The notes below the pieces were generated by a model, which worked only from the letters and a program-made list of their open reading frames with translations, was not told the DNA's origin and ran no database searches. Positions 9,592-20,000 of a stretch of 64,000 bases of DNA are shown piece after piece (position 1 is the first letter of the stretch; the number at the start of each line of letters is the position of its first letter). The translations under genes were made by a program, and so were the position numbers. The stretch lies in the NCBI GenBank assembly GCA_964642835.1, contig CAZXQA010000002.1:11875-75874 (forward strand), given 5' to 3'. This DNA comes from an uncultured Candidatus Saccharibacteria bacterium. GTDB lineage: Bacteria; Patescibacteriota; Minisyncoccia; Phycocordibacterales; Zambryskibacteraceae.

Positions 9592-11002
9592 TGAGACGAG
9601 GGAACAGTGGTTGCTCAGGCTTCTGGTTCGCCTTAATAAGAGCCTTAATCTTTGCGGATGTCTCGGGCATGAAGGGGTTAATAAGTCGAGCGATGGAATA
9701 AAGCTCGAGCACGAGAGCCGAGATCACTGCCTGATCCTTTGTCTCCCACGGCTTACTGTCTTGAATCTTTTTGTCCAGGGACCAGATTCTCTTCCAGACA
9801 TACTCGAGAGCGTTCTTTACTTCATAGGCATTGAGGTAGGCAAAATATTCCGACATATCTTCTCTCTCGGGAACCGGTACCGGCGCGGAGAGGTTCGCCT
9901 GAGCCAACGTCATGATGCGAGAGGTAAGATTCCCCAGACCGTTCACGAGGTTCGAGGTGTAGGCAATATTAAAGCTCTCGATACTGACGTCGGTGTCTTC
10001 GAACTGGTTCACCCCCGCCATGAGCACGCGGAACACTTCCCGACCGAAACGCGTCACCATCTCATGCGGCGTAATAAAGTTGCCGAGACTCTTCGACATC
10101 TTTTGTCCGCCAACATTGAGGAAGCCGTGAATAACAATCTGCTTCGAAGGGGTGAGGCCAGCCGAGAGAAGCATCGCCTGCCACATGGCCGCCTGTTGGC
10201 GCACCTGGTCCTTGCCGGCAAATTGCACTACCGGCCACCACTTCTGGAAGTTCGCCGTGTTGTCGGGCCAACCGATGGTCGAGATGTAGTTGGTGAGCGC
10301 GTCGAACCAGACGTACATGACGTGCTCTTCATCATCCGGCACCGCGACACCCCAGGGCATCTTGGACTTCAAACGAGAGATGGAGAAATCTTCGAGTCCC
10401 CTCTCGACGAACTTAATAATTTCGTTAAAGCGGAAATCAGGAATAACGAACTCAGGATTTTCCCGATACAACTTCAAGAGAGGGTCCTGATACTTCGAGA
10501 ACCGGAAGAAATAATTTTCTTCCTCGCGGATCTCAAGATCTTTGTTCGGGTGGAGTGGGCAAACACCATCCACAAGCTCGGAATCCGTCTTCTCGAGTTC
10601 GCAGCCGTTACAATACTTGATCGTGTAATTCTTTTTATAAATATCCCCCGCTTCTTTGCAACGCTTCCACATTTCCTGCGCCGCCATCTTGTGATGCGAA
10701 TCAGTGGTGCGGATAAAGTGAACAATCTCTTCATCAATACCGAGGAGCGCAATGAGTTCCCGGAACTTCGCCGCGTACTCATCCGTATACGCCTGCGTAT
10801 CTTGTCCGGCTTCTTCGGCCTTAGTGTAAATCTTTACTCCATGCTCATCGGTGCCTGTGTTGAAGAAAACTTCTCTCCCCTGGAGCCTCATAGCCCTTGC
10901 CACAACATCGGCGTGAATAAGCTCCATGGCAAATCCGATATGTGGCTCCGCATTCACATAGGGTAACGTCGTCGTGATGTAGAAAGGTTTCTGCTCAGAC
11001 AT
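9584..11002 (-). CDS. metG: Methionyl-tRNA synthetase, minimal form without a C-terminal tRNA-binding domain
   Basis: LPYVNAEPHIGFAME (HIGH), KMSKSLGN, and a CxxC...CPLH zinc knuckle. Confidence 0.93.
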   Translation of the reverse strand: MSEQKPFYITTTLPYVNAEPHIGFAMELIHADVVARAMRLQGREVFFNTGTDEHGVKIYTKAEEAGQDTQAYTDEYAAKFRELIALLGIDEEIVHFIRTTDSHHKMAAQEMWKRCKEAGDIYKKNYTIKYCNGCELEKTDSELVDGVCPLHPNKDLEIREEENYFFRFSKYQDPLLKLYRENPEFVIPDFRFNEIIKFVERGLEDFSISRLKSKMPWGVAVPDDEEHVMYVWFDALTNYISTIGWPDNTANFQKWWPVVQFAGKDQVRQQAAMWQAMLLSAGLTPSKQIVIHGFLNVGGQKMSKSLGNFITPHEMVTRFGREVFRVLMAGVNQFEDTDVSIESFNIAYTSNLVNGLGNLTSRIMTLAQANLSAPVPVPEREDMSEYFAYLNAYEVKNALEYVWKRIWSLDKKIQDSKPWETKDQAVISALVLELYSIARLINPFMPETSAKIKALIKANQKPEQPLFPRLNA

Positions 11003-11008
11003 AGGGGT

Positions 11009-12076
11009 CTAGTGCGCCTCGGTCGCCAAGGAATGCTTGCGCTCTTCGAGGTCATTCAAAAACTCCATAAGGATGACCGCGACGGGCACCGAGATGAGAA
11101 TACCGAGGAAGCCCGCCAACTCTCCGCCGATCAAAAGTGCCATGATAGAAACCAGAGGCGGCACTCCCACCACCTTCTTGACCACCATTGGGTAGATGAG
11201 GTGATTCTCCAACTGCTGCACGAAGAGGTAGAGACCAGCCACAATAAGTGCGTCAGAAGCTCCAAGCGCGCTATAGGCAGTAAAGACAGCGGGAATAGCC
11301 GAAATAATCGGCCCAAAGATCGGGATAAGCTCAAAGAGACCCGTCAGCACGGCGAAGAGAAGCGCGTTCGGCACTCCTATGATAGTAAGCCCAATATAGA
11401 CCATGACCGCGACAACCAGCCCGAGAAGAAGCTGTCCTTGCATCCAGAAACCAATCTTCACTTGAGAGCGCTTCCAGAGACCGACGGCGTATCCTTCATG
11501 CTGGGCTGGGACGATGACGCGAAGGAACCGCTCCATACCATCTTCCTGCACAGTCAGATAGAACGAGAGAACGATGATAAGAAGGAATCCAAGCGCTCCG
11601 CCAAAGAAGAGGGATGCCGTTGAGAAAAGACCTTGTGAGAGGAACTGGGAGAAGTCAGTAAGGTAGTTCGAGAGTTCGCTCATGAGCGCCGGGGTTTGAA
11701 TCCCGCCGAAAACATGCTGATTCGCGAACATGTTCGAAAGAATGTTGTCGTTTACGACAGAATTCGAATAGATGGTGAGAGTATTCACGAAAGCCTTTAC
11801 TTCGTCGACAAGCGGTAAGAACAGGAAATAGAAGCAGACGGAGAGAATGCCGCCCGTGAGCGCGTAGAGGCCAATAACCGTCGGCAAACGTGGAATGTGG
11901 AATCGTTTCGTGAAGCGCAAAGCCGGTTCCACCGCGGCGGAAATCACCAGCGCGGTGAGAAAGATGAGAATAATGCCCGAAATCTTGAAGAGCATGAACG
12001 CAAGGAAGACGATGAGCAAGGCTCTCGCCCAACTCCCGAGCGTAATGGACAACCGGCGATGTGAAGTCTCTGACAT
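11009..12076 (-). CDS. AI-2E family transporter (UPF0118/PerM)
   Basis: About 8 TM helices and typical AI-2E family similarity. Confidence 0.8.
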   Translation of the reverse strand: MSETSHRRLSITLGSWARALLIVFLAFMLFKISGIILIFLTALVISAAVEPALRFTKRFHIPRLPTVIGLYALTGGILSVCFYFLFLPLVDEVKAFVNTLTIYSNSVVNDNILSNMFANQHVFGGIQTPALMSELSNYLTDFSQFLSQGLFSTASLFFGGALGFLLIIVLSFYLTVQEDGMERFLRVIVPAQHEGYAVGLWKRSQVKIGFWMQGQLLLGLVVAVMVYIGLTIIGVPNALLFAVLTGLFELIPIFGPIISAIPAVFTAYSALGASDALIVAGLYLFVQQLENHLIYPMVVKKVVGVPPLVSIMALLIGGELAGFLGILISVPVAVILMEFLNDLEERKHSLATEAH

Positions 12077-12091
12077 GGGGTTATAGTATCA

Positions 12092-13363
12092 TTATTTAAA
12101 AGTGAGAACCTTTCGCAAGCCCTTTTCGTCGGACAAATCACCAACCATGGCGACGCTAAGATTGTTGTCGGTAAAGAGCGCTTTGGCCACGCGACGCACA
12201 TCCGCGGCCGTCACCTTTCTCATTTCTGCCTCCAGAGCGCTCGGCACGCGCACTTCGCCGTGAACAATCTCTTCTCCCACGCAGTAGTTCGCGAGCGCGT
12301 CGGTTGTCTCCAAGGACATTGAGAGGTGGCTGGCCATGTAGTCCTTCACTTTCTGAAGTTCACTGGCCGAGACTTCTTCGAGGGTCAGGCGTCGGCACTC
12401 CTCGAGCAGAGCCTGAATAACCTCGGCGGCGCGCGCCTTGTCGATCCCCGTCGCGATACTCGCGAACCCATGGTCCGTTGCCACGCTATGAGAAGCGCTT
12501 ACGTAGTAACACGCTCCCATCTCCTCGCGCAGACGCTGGAAGAGGCGTGAGGACATGCCAGCTCCCAAGATGCCCATGAGCACAGCCGCCTTCATAGCCC
12601 TCGGATCTCCCGCGCGGTAACCATGGAAAGCCATAACCATGTGCGTCTGATCGCTTGGTTTACGTTTGATACGGAGAGCCGGAGCCTCCTGCTGCACCCG
12701 CACCTTCTCCTTCCCCACTTTCTTCTTCTTGAGTTGCGACGAGAAAATCTTTTTAACCTCCTTGAGAACCATTGCGGGTGGAAGGTCACCAGCAATCACC
12801 ACTATCGTCTTTGCTGGCACATAATGCTTGGCATGATACGCGAGAAAGTCCTCTCGGGAAAAGCTTTTCACATTTTCCTTTGTGCCGATAGTTGAGCGAC
12901 CAGCCGGAGTATCCCCGTACAGCAATGCCCCCAACACCTCCCAGACGTATCGCTGCGGCAAATCCTCGTACATGCTGATTTCCTGGAGGATAACTCCTCG
13001 CTCTTTCTCTAAGTCGTTGGCCGGAAAAACGGGATGAAGATATATATCCGAAACAACGTCGAGCAATTTCTGCCAATGTCGTTTCTCTGACTTCGCATAA
13101 TACGCTGTTACTTCCTCCGAAGTGAACGCGTTCGACTCGGCACCAATGGCATCGAGCTCGGTAGATATTGCCAGAGCCGACGTCCTGGTCGGCGTACCCT
13201 TAAAGAGCATGTGTTCAAGGAAGTGTGCGAGGCCGTTCTCGACCTTCGACTCGTACTTCGACCCTGTTTCGCACGCGACCATGACCGTGGCCGACGGGTT
13301 GTCCCTCGTGGGCACGAAAATAACCCGAGTACCGTTGGGAAGAATGGTTTTCGTGTATTTCAT
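12092..13363 (-). CDS. M16-family zinc peptidase (insulinase-like)
   Basis: Inverted zinc motif HFLEHM near the N-terminus; both M16 domains present. Confidence 0.85.
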   Translation of the reverse strand: MKYTKTILPNGTRVIFVPTRDNPSATVMVACETGSKYESKVENGLAHFLEHMLFKGTPTRTSALAISTELDAIGAESNAFTSEEVTAYYAKSEKRHWQKLLDVVSDIYLHPVFPANDLEKERGVILQEISMYEDLPQRYVWEVLGALLYGDTPAGRSTIGTKENVKSFSREDFLAYHAKHYVPAKTIVVIAGDLPPAMVLKEVKKIFSSQLKKKKVGKEKVRVQQEAPALRIKRKPSDQTHMVMAFHGYRAGDPRAMKAAVLMGILGAGMSSRLFQRLREEMGACYYVSASHSVATDHGFASIATGIDKARAAEVIQALLEECRRLTLEEVSASELQKVKDYMASHLSMSLETTDALANYCVGEEIVHGEVRVPSALEAEMRKVTAADVRRVAKALFTDNNLSVAMVGDLSDEKGLRKVLTFK

Positions 13364-13404
13364 AGATAAGGGAAGCCTACCCTATCTCAAGACGTAATCC
13401 AAGC

Positions 13405-14622
13405 CTATCTTATGAGAGCGGCGAGGTCTGAGATATGAACGCGCTTCTGTTCCCCACTGTCGCGGTCGCGAAGGGTGACAGTATCTTTCTGCTCGGGGAT
13501 TTCTTCACCTAAGGTACCGAAGTCGATCGTAATGCAGAATGGCGTGCCGATCTCATCCTGACGGCGATAGCGCTTGCCAATATTGCCGTTGTCATCAAAC
13601 TCAATATTTGGAATTTCTTTTTTGAGCATTGCGTAAACCTCACGAGCCTTCTCAACGAGAGCGGGCTTATTCTTCAAAAGTGGAAAGACAGCTGCACGTA
13701 CGGGAGCCACATGTTTATGCAATTTCAAATACGCACGAGTCTCTCCTCCCAACTCATCTTCGGTATACGCGTCCGAAAGTACAGCCATGACGAGACGATC
13801 GACACCCATCGTCGGCTCAATGCAGTGCGGCACAAAACGCTCTTTGGTTTCCTCATCGTAATAAGAAAGGTCCGCGCCGCTCTTTTCGGAGTGGGCGTTA
13901 AGATCGTAATCCGTACGATACGCGATACCAAGAAGTTCCTTCTGGCCAAATGGGAAATCGAACTCCGTGTCGACACTGCGTTTGGAGTAGTGAGCTCGAT
14001 CTTCGGCAGGCACGTCGATTTTGTGAATCTTTTCTTTGGAAAGACCGATCTCATCCAAGAATTCCATCTGAGCGGCATGGAGTTCGTCAAAGATCTCATG
14101 AACTTTCTGTTCGTCACGAGGATCGACGAAGTATTCGAGTTCCATCTGCTCGAACTCGCGCTGACGAAAGATGAAGTCACGCGGAGAAATTTCGTTTCTA
14201 AACGACTTCCCAATCTGCGCGATACCGAACGGCAGCGTCGGGTGGAAAGAGTCGAGAATGTTTTTGAAATTGACGAACATGCCCTGCGCGGTCTCTGGTC
14301 GCAAGTGAGAAGTAGTGGCCTCTTCCCCGGTACCCACGCTCACCGCGAAGAGTTCGTTGCCGAAATTGCCAACATGACCAGAGGCCTCAAGGACGCGCGG
14401 ATTACTAATGATCGACGTACTCACCGGGTAAACATCTTCACGACCGGAGACGAATTTGTTCCAGAAGCGCTGCTTAATGTTATGCCTCAGCTCAACGCCT
14501 AAAGGACCGTAATCCCAGAAGCCGGCAATACCTCCATAGATCTCAGAGGACGGGAAAATAAACCCCCTTCTTTTGCAGAGGGATACGATCTTTTCCATCA
14601 GATTTTCCTTATTCTCAGCCAT
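13405..14622 (-). CDS. glyQS: Glycyl-tRNA synthetase, alpha2 (archaeal/eukaryote-like) type
   Basis: Class II aaRS motifs and full-length similarity to alpha2-type GlyRS (CKRRGFIFPSSEIYGG...). Confidence 0.9.
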   Translation of the reverse strand: MAENKENLMEKIVSLCKRRGFIFPSSEIYGGIAGFWDYGPLGVELRHNIKQRFWNKFVSGREDVYPVSTSIISNPRVLEASGHVGNFGNELFAVSVGTGEEATTSHLRPETAQGMFVNFKNILDSFHPTLPFGIAQIGKSFRNEISPRDFIFRQREFEQMELEYFVDPRDEQKVHEIFDELHAAQMEFLDEIGLSKEKIHKIDVPAEDRAHYSKRSVDTEFDFPFGQKELLGIAYRTDYDLNAHSEKSGADLSYYDEETKERFVPHCIEPTMGVDRLVMAVLSDAYTEDELGGETRAYLKLHKHVAPVRAAVFPLLKNKPALVEKAREVYAMLKKEIPNIEFDDNGNIGKRYRRQDEIGTPFCITIDFGTLGEEIPEQKDTVTLRDRDSGEQKRVHISDLAALIR

Positions 14623-16538
14623 TACTTCACCACTATATCATCTCCACGCACAAATGCAGGATCGGAAGGCATCATGGTCGTAAGAGGACCGTTAGTGACG
14701 GTCAAAGGCTTCCCGGAAGCATCGAGCGCGGAGAGCGTAATCCCGGTGACGAGAGTCGGCGTCGTGCCGGCCTGGGAAGCGGCTGGCGTGATGGAAACTT
14801 GGAAGGCCGCTTCTCGCATCTCGTCGCTAAAGCCCGTGCCGGAAGTGACAGTGCCCATGGTCCAGGTCACGGTATTGGTCTTTTCATCATATGTTATGTC
14901 CTCTTCCTTGACGCTCTTTGCGCCCACCCACTTCACGCCAGGTCCCAGGCGCGCAGTGACTTTAGCATTGGTAACATTGCTTTGAGTGTTCCCGACCGAC
15001 CAGAGTACCGCGTACGTGGTGGTTGTTTGCACTTTCGGCGGAGTAGGCCCCGTATTTACAAAAGGTCCCGTCGAGTGAAGCACTTTAGAGCCAAGAGATA
15101 CCTGTGAAGCAATCTTTACCGTGCGCGTCTGCGTAACCTGCACCGGAGTATTGGTGCCTCGCGGGGTGCCACTCATCGTGACGGAGAGTGTGATGCCGCG
15201 ACTGATTTGAAGAGCGGTGAGTTGCGGGAATGAGCTGAAACGGAAAGAGAGTAATCTGCCATCACCAGGCAAGAGGTCATCGAGACCTTCTCCACCGCTC
15301 CAGGTAATCTTCCCACTCGAAGCATCATAGAAACCGCCAGACAACGTCAAGACTGAGCTCGAGTCAAGGGCACTACCGGAGAGCGTGGCTTCGATTCGAG
15401 GATTAAGGAGTTCTTCTGAAAGATTGTTAGCAAAGGAAATCGAAGCGTTAATCGGTTGTCCCGCTGGAGCGATGTAGGTAGTCGAGCTGTCACCGTTCAA
15501 CTTCACAGCCAGAGAAAGAGCTGGGCGCTCAATGGCCACAGTGGTCTGCATAGAGATAAGCACGGTTTTAAAGTTGGCGGATGGCGCGCTGCCGTCGGCC
15601 ACTCCGGCGTAAAATCGAATCGTGCGCTCATCATTATTCTCCCCAGAGAGCGAGCCTGCGATCTGAATTTTCTTCGCGACACCCGGCGAAAGATCCCCGA
15701 GAGCCCAAATATTATTGTCGGCATACGGCGCTGGCGTCGAGGCATTCGACGAATAGCCGTATGGGTACTCCGCTCGAAGCATGACATTCTTCAAAACATC
15801 GGTGGAGTTGAGAGTAATGGTCACCGTGGTGGTGAATGGATCGCCAGAAGCAACCACCGTAGGAGCTTCAACCGTCACAGACAGTGGCGAACTACCAATC
15901 ACGATATTGTAAATTTTATCTTTATAGAACGTAGCGTTCGAACCCGCTACTTTATACTCAATCGAGAATTTAAGCTCCTTTACCTCCCCTGTCTGGCCGA
16001 CGAGTGAGAACTTCACGTTCCGCACAATACTCTGCCCCGCCTTCACCACTCCCAAATCGTCCTTGGCGAACGTGAGCTGCTTGGTGGAATCGAGAGCATC
16101 ACGAGCACCTGAAGGATATTGCACGGAGAAATTGGCGGTCTCAAGGTCCGCGTTGTTGCCATTCTCAATCGTTACTTGAAGTTCGACAACATCCCCCGCT
16201 GGAGAACTGGCTGGCCCCGTCACTTCCAAATTCACGTTCTTGGAAGAAATGAAGTTAGTCCCTCCGAAGAAGACAATGCCCGCCACCGCCACCGTAGCCG
16301 CGAAGAAAAGCGTGGCAAAGACGAAAAACTTCTTGATAAACGGCATCCCACTCGTATTCGTGCGCTCCCGCGCGAGAATGTCGTCGAGCTTCGGCGTCTG
16401 CCAACTCTCAGCCACCCCTGCCGACTCCGCTTCCCGACTGCCGGTCACTGGTCGTGTCCGGTTGAGCGGATCCTCGTACCGCGTGCGCGAATAGAGCGTG
16501 TTATCGAGTCGATCGACCTTGCTCGTGTCGTTGGTCAT
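14622..16538 (-). CDS. Large membrane-anchored surface protein, hypothetical, with Ig-like/CARDB-like repeats
   Basis: N-terminal TM anchor (FVFATLFFAATVAVAGIVFF) then about 560 aa of T/S/V-rich beta-repeat sequence. No catalytic motifs. Confidence 0.6.
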   Translation of the reverse strand: MTNDTSKVDRLDNTLYSRTRYEDPLNRTRPVTGSREAESAGVAESWQTPKLDDILARERTNTSGMPFIKKFFVFATLFFAATVAVAGIVFFGGTNFISSKNVNLEVTGPASSPAGDVVELQVTIENGNNADLETANFSVQYPSGARDALDSTKQLTFAKDDLGVVKAGQSIVRNVKFSLVGQTGEVKELKFSIEYKVAGSNATFYKDKIYNIVIGSSPLSVTVEAPTVVASGDPFTTTVTITLNSTDVLKNVMLRAEYPYGYSSNASTPAPYADNNIWALGDLSPGVAKKIQIAGSLSGENNDERTIRFYAGVADGSAPSANFKTVLISMQTTVAIERPALSLAVKLNGDSSTTYIAPAGQPINASISFANNLSEELLNPRIEATLSGSALDSSSVLTLSGGFYDASSGKITWSGGEGLDDLLPGDGRLLSFRFSSFPQLTALQISRGITLSVTMSGTPRGTNTPVQVTQTRTVKIASQVSLGSKVLHSTGPFVNTGPTPPKVQTTTTYAVLWSVGNTQSNVTNAKVTARLGPGVKWVGAKSVKEEDITYDEKTNTVTWTMGTVTSGTGFSDEMREAAFQVSITPAASQAGTTPTLVTGITLSALDASGKPLTVTNGPLTTMMPSDPAFVRGDDIVVK

Positions 16539-16553
16539 GATTGTTTTATTATA

Positions 16554-17060
16554 TCATTCTCCGGCCAGCTGGCTCTGATGCAATCCCTCATTAATCGCTT
16601 TGACGAGATCTGTTTTCTCGAGAGTAAGATCCTTTTCCTTCAAATATCCCAAGTGGTAGAGCATCGTCGCGACAAAACGCGGCTCAAAAAGCTCATCCTC
16701 AATCTCTGCACTTGTGAGAAACACTTCCACCGCGTCAAAAAGTTCGGCGTGGACCGCCTCACCTTGCACGAGCCTCTCGAGCAAGACGAGTGGTCGCAGC
16801 AAAGCCGGTCTCGCCTTAACGCGAACGTGGGCCTGCGCTGAAGTGATGCGCCAATACTCTTTACCACGTACCAAGGACACGTTTGCAAAGGCCACCGGTT
16901 CCAAGGAGCCGCGTAATTTGGAAGTGCTCTTACGTACGCCTGTCGCGGTCGCTCGCACGAGTCCTAGATCACGAGTAAGGATGGAGTACACTCGGTCTGC
17001 CTCCCGTAGCGGACGCTCCGAGAGCACGAGACCCTTGGTGGTGTAGATGTGGTACGACAC
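16554..17060 (-). CDS. recO: DNA repair protein RecO, short form lacking a zinc-finger tail
   Basis: N-terminal OB-fold similarity to RecO (YTTKGLVLSERPLREADRVYSILTRDLGLVRATATGVRKSTSKLRGSLEP) and a C-terminal LYHLGYL helical region. Confidence 0.72.
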   Translation of the reverse strand: MSYHIYTTKGLVLSERPLREADRVYSILTRDLGLVRATATGVRKSTSKLRGSLEPVAFANVSLVRGKEYWRITSAQAHVRVKARPALLRPLVLLERLVQGEAVHAELFDAVEVFLTSAEIEDELFEPRFVATMLYHLGYLKEKDLTLEKTDLVKAINEGLHQSQLAGE

Positions 17061-20000
17061 TAGAAGTCGATATTGCCCGCTTTCTTGATTTCAAGAGCGT
17101 GAGCGGCAAAGAAGGCTTCTTCACCTGCCGGCACCGTGTACGCCGCCCTCTCTCCCGGTTTCAAGTTATTTGTTTTCCTCCATTCCTGAACCGAGCGGAT
17201 CACGTCACGCACCTTCCCCTCTTCGATGAGCGCAGGGGTGAGCGTCGTATCCAAGAACACCTCTTCCACAAGAGACGGATCGCTCACCACTTCCTTCACA
17301 TTGATCTCATCTTTAATGATGTCTTGGTATTCTGCGGCGAGCTGCAAACTCTTCACTGCCAGCTTTGCTAAAGGTTGGCGCACTTTGATATTGGCCTTAG
17401 AGCGTAGTTCCAAGGCGAGTGAGACGAGGCGGCGAGTTTCGGCCATGTGTTCGAGCACAACGGGTTTCTTTTCTGATGTGAAGCGAGCAAGGAGAGATTT
17501 CTTCTTTTCTGTCCACGTGGTGAGGTGCACACTCACAGGCTCATTGTCTTCTCTGACCTTTTGATATATTTCCTCGGCCATAAACGGCATAATCGGCGCC
17601 ATGATCTTCGAGAGCTCCTTGAAGACATATCGCGACGTCGCGAGAGCGTGCTGCTTGTCTTCTTTATCCTCTCCCTTAAACCTGTCACGAGAACGCCTGA
17701 CGTACCACGTCGATAGATCGGCCACGAAGTCCTTGATCGGCCGACTCGCACGCACGAGATCATACGCCTCGAGCGCCTCCGTCACTTCCTTCAATAATTC
17801 TTCCAAGCGAGCCAAGATCCAACGATCAAGCACACGCGGGCTCTTCTCGCCATTCGCAGGCGTGCCATCAGCGTAAAGCTCGTAGAAGGTGAAGGTGTTG
17901 GCGAGGATATTGAGCAGACGGTTATGAACGTCTTTCACCTCTTCGTCCTTAAACGACGCGTCCTCGGCCTGCATGACGACGGAAGACATGAGGTAGTAAC
18001 GGAAGGCGTCGGCCCCGATGGTGTCGAGAAGAATAAGTGGGTCGGTGTAGTTCCCTTTCGACTTACTCATCTTCGAACCATCCTTCGCCAAGATGTTACC
18101 GGTCGTGATGACGTTCGTGAATGCCGGTTTGTTGAAGAGCATAACCGCGACGACATGCATGTAGTAGAACCACGTGCGCGTCTGAGCGATATACTCCGCC
18201 ACAAAGTGGCCAGGGAAATGATGCTTGAACGCTTCCTCGTTCTCGAAGGGATAGTGGTATTCGGCAAAGGGCATGGACGCTGACTCCACCCAGCCGTCGA
18301 TCACTTCTGGAATACGCTTCAAGGGCTTACCCTCTTCTGTCACAAGCTCTACTTCGTCGATGTAAGGGCGATGAAGATCGAGTTCGAAGTGCTTGTTATG
18401 AGGCAAGGGCACGAACGATAATTCGCGAACCTCCGCATTCGTAAATTTCTTAAAGTCACCCACCTTAGGACTCTGATTTTCAGGACGATACCACTCTGAG
18501 TGCTCCGCGCCCATAGACTGCCCTAACCCGATCATGGTGAGCATCCATGCGGGAGTGCTATGAGTGCTGATAAGGATATTTTTGCCTTGGTATTTCTTTT
18601 CAAGATCGTAAAGGAATTCTCCTACGCGGCCACGAATGTCGGTCAATGATTCACCCTCCGGCACAGATGCCGTGAGAGGGTTTTCCTTCGTGTGTTCTGC
18701 TAAGCCGAGGTGATATTCCTTATAAGATTTGCCGTTGTAGATACCTGCGTTGATTTCTCCGATCCGAGAATCATATACAACAGCATCCTTTGGAAGTCCG
18801 AACACATCGGCCGCGATCTCTGCCGTTTCTTTAGCACGTACAAAATCTGAAGTAATAATTACGTCGATGTTATTCCCCGCAAGTTGAGCCGCCGCTTTTC
18901 TCACCTGCTCTTTCCCCACATCAGATAGGCGGTCATATTCATGACCTACGGTATTGGCAACAATCTCTTTTGCATTACTGAGACTTTCTCCATGTCTTAT
19001 AGCAAAATAGCGGTTCCCTGATTTCTTGGCATATTTCTTAAAGTCGTCGAGAGAGCCAACGACTGTCACCTTGCCGTTTTCGTCCTTCCAGATTGGCAGA
19101 GGCGCCGCCCAGTAGCGGTTACGGGAGATCGTCCAGTCCGGCGCGTTCTCGACAATGTTCAAGAAGCGGCCGTGCTTTAAGTGAGCCGGGAACCAGTTCA
19201 CCTCTTCATTGAGAGCAATCATGCGATCTTTCACCTTCTGAATATTGAGGAACCACGAAGAGATCGCGTTATAGAGAAGTGCCGTACCGCAGCGGTGACA
19301 ATGCGGATACGAGTGGGTATGCATCTCACGCTTATAGAGCAAGTGTCTTGTTTCCAGATCTTCCTTCACGAGCTTCTCCGCTTTTTTGAAGTATTGCGTG
19401 CGGATAAATTCCGGCGCAAGCGCGTTAAAGTGCCCCGCTCCGTCGAGCAGCTGAATCATCGGTAAATCGTTCTTCAATCCCAGAGCATAGTCGTCTTCAC
19501 CATAAATCACGGCGGTGTGCACGAGTCCCGTGCCGTCGGTAGTCGTCACGAAATCGGCTTCCGTTACGTACCAGCCCTTCTTCCCCGTTTCGCGAGCAGC
19601 CGGAATTTCATAGAGCGGCTCATATTCCATGCCGATCATCTCGCTTCCTTTGTGCTCGGCCACTACTTCATACGGCTCAGTAAGCACGGAGAGGCGCTCT
19701 TTAGCGAGAACGAGAATTTCCTTCCCTACTTTGGCCTCCACATAATCAATATCTCTCCCCACCGCGAGCGCCACGTTCCCCGGCAAGGTCCACGGCGTCG
19801 TTGTCCACGCGAGGAAGTAGGCATCCGGGAACGCTTTGATTTTAAATTTCACGTAGACCGACTCTTCGGTGACGTCGCGGTAACTGTTGTCCATCGCCAC
19901 TTCTGCCTTGGCGATTGGCGTCTGGCAGTGCGGACAATAGAGCAAAACTTTTTTACCCTCATAGAGAAGACCCTTCTCGTCCATCTTCTTCAAGGCATGC

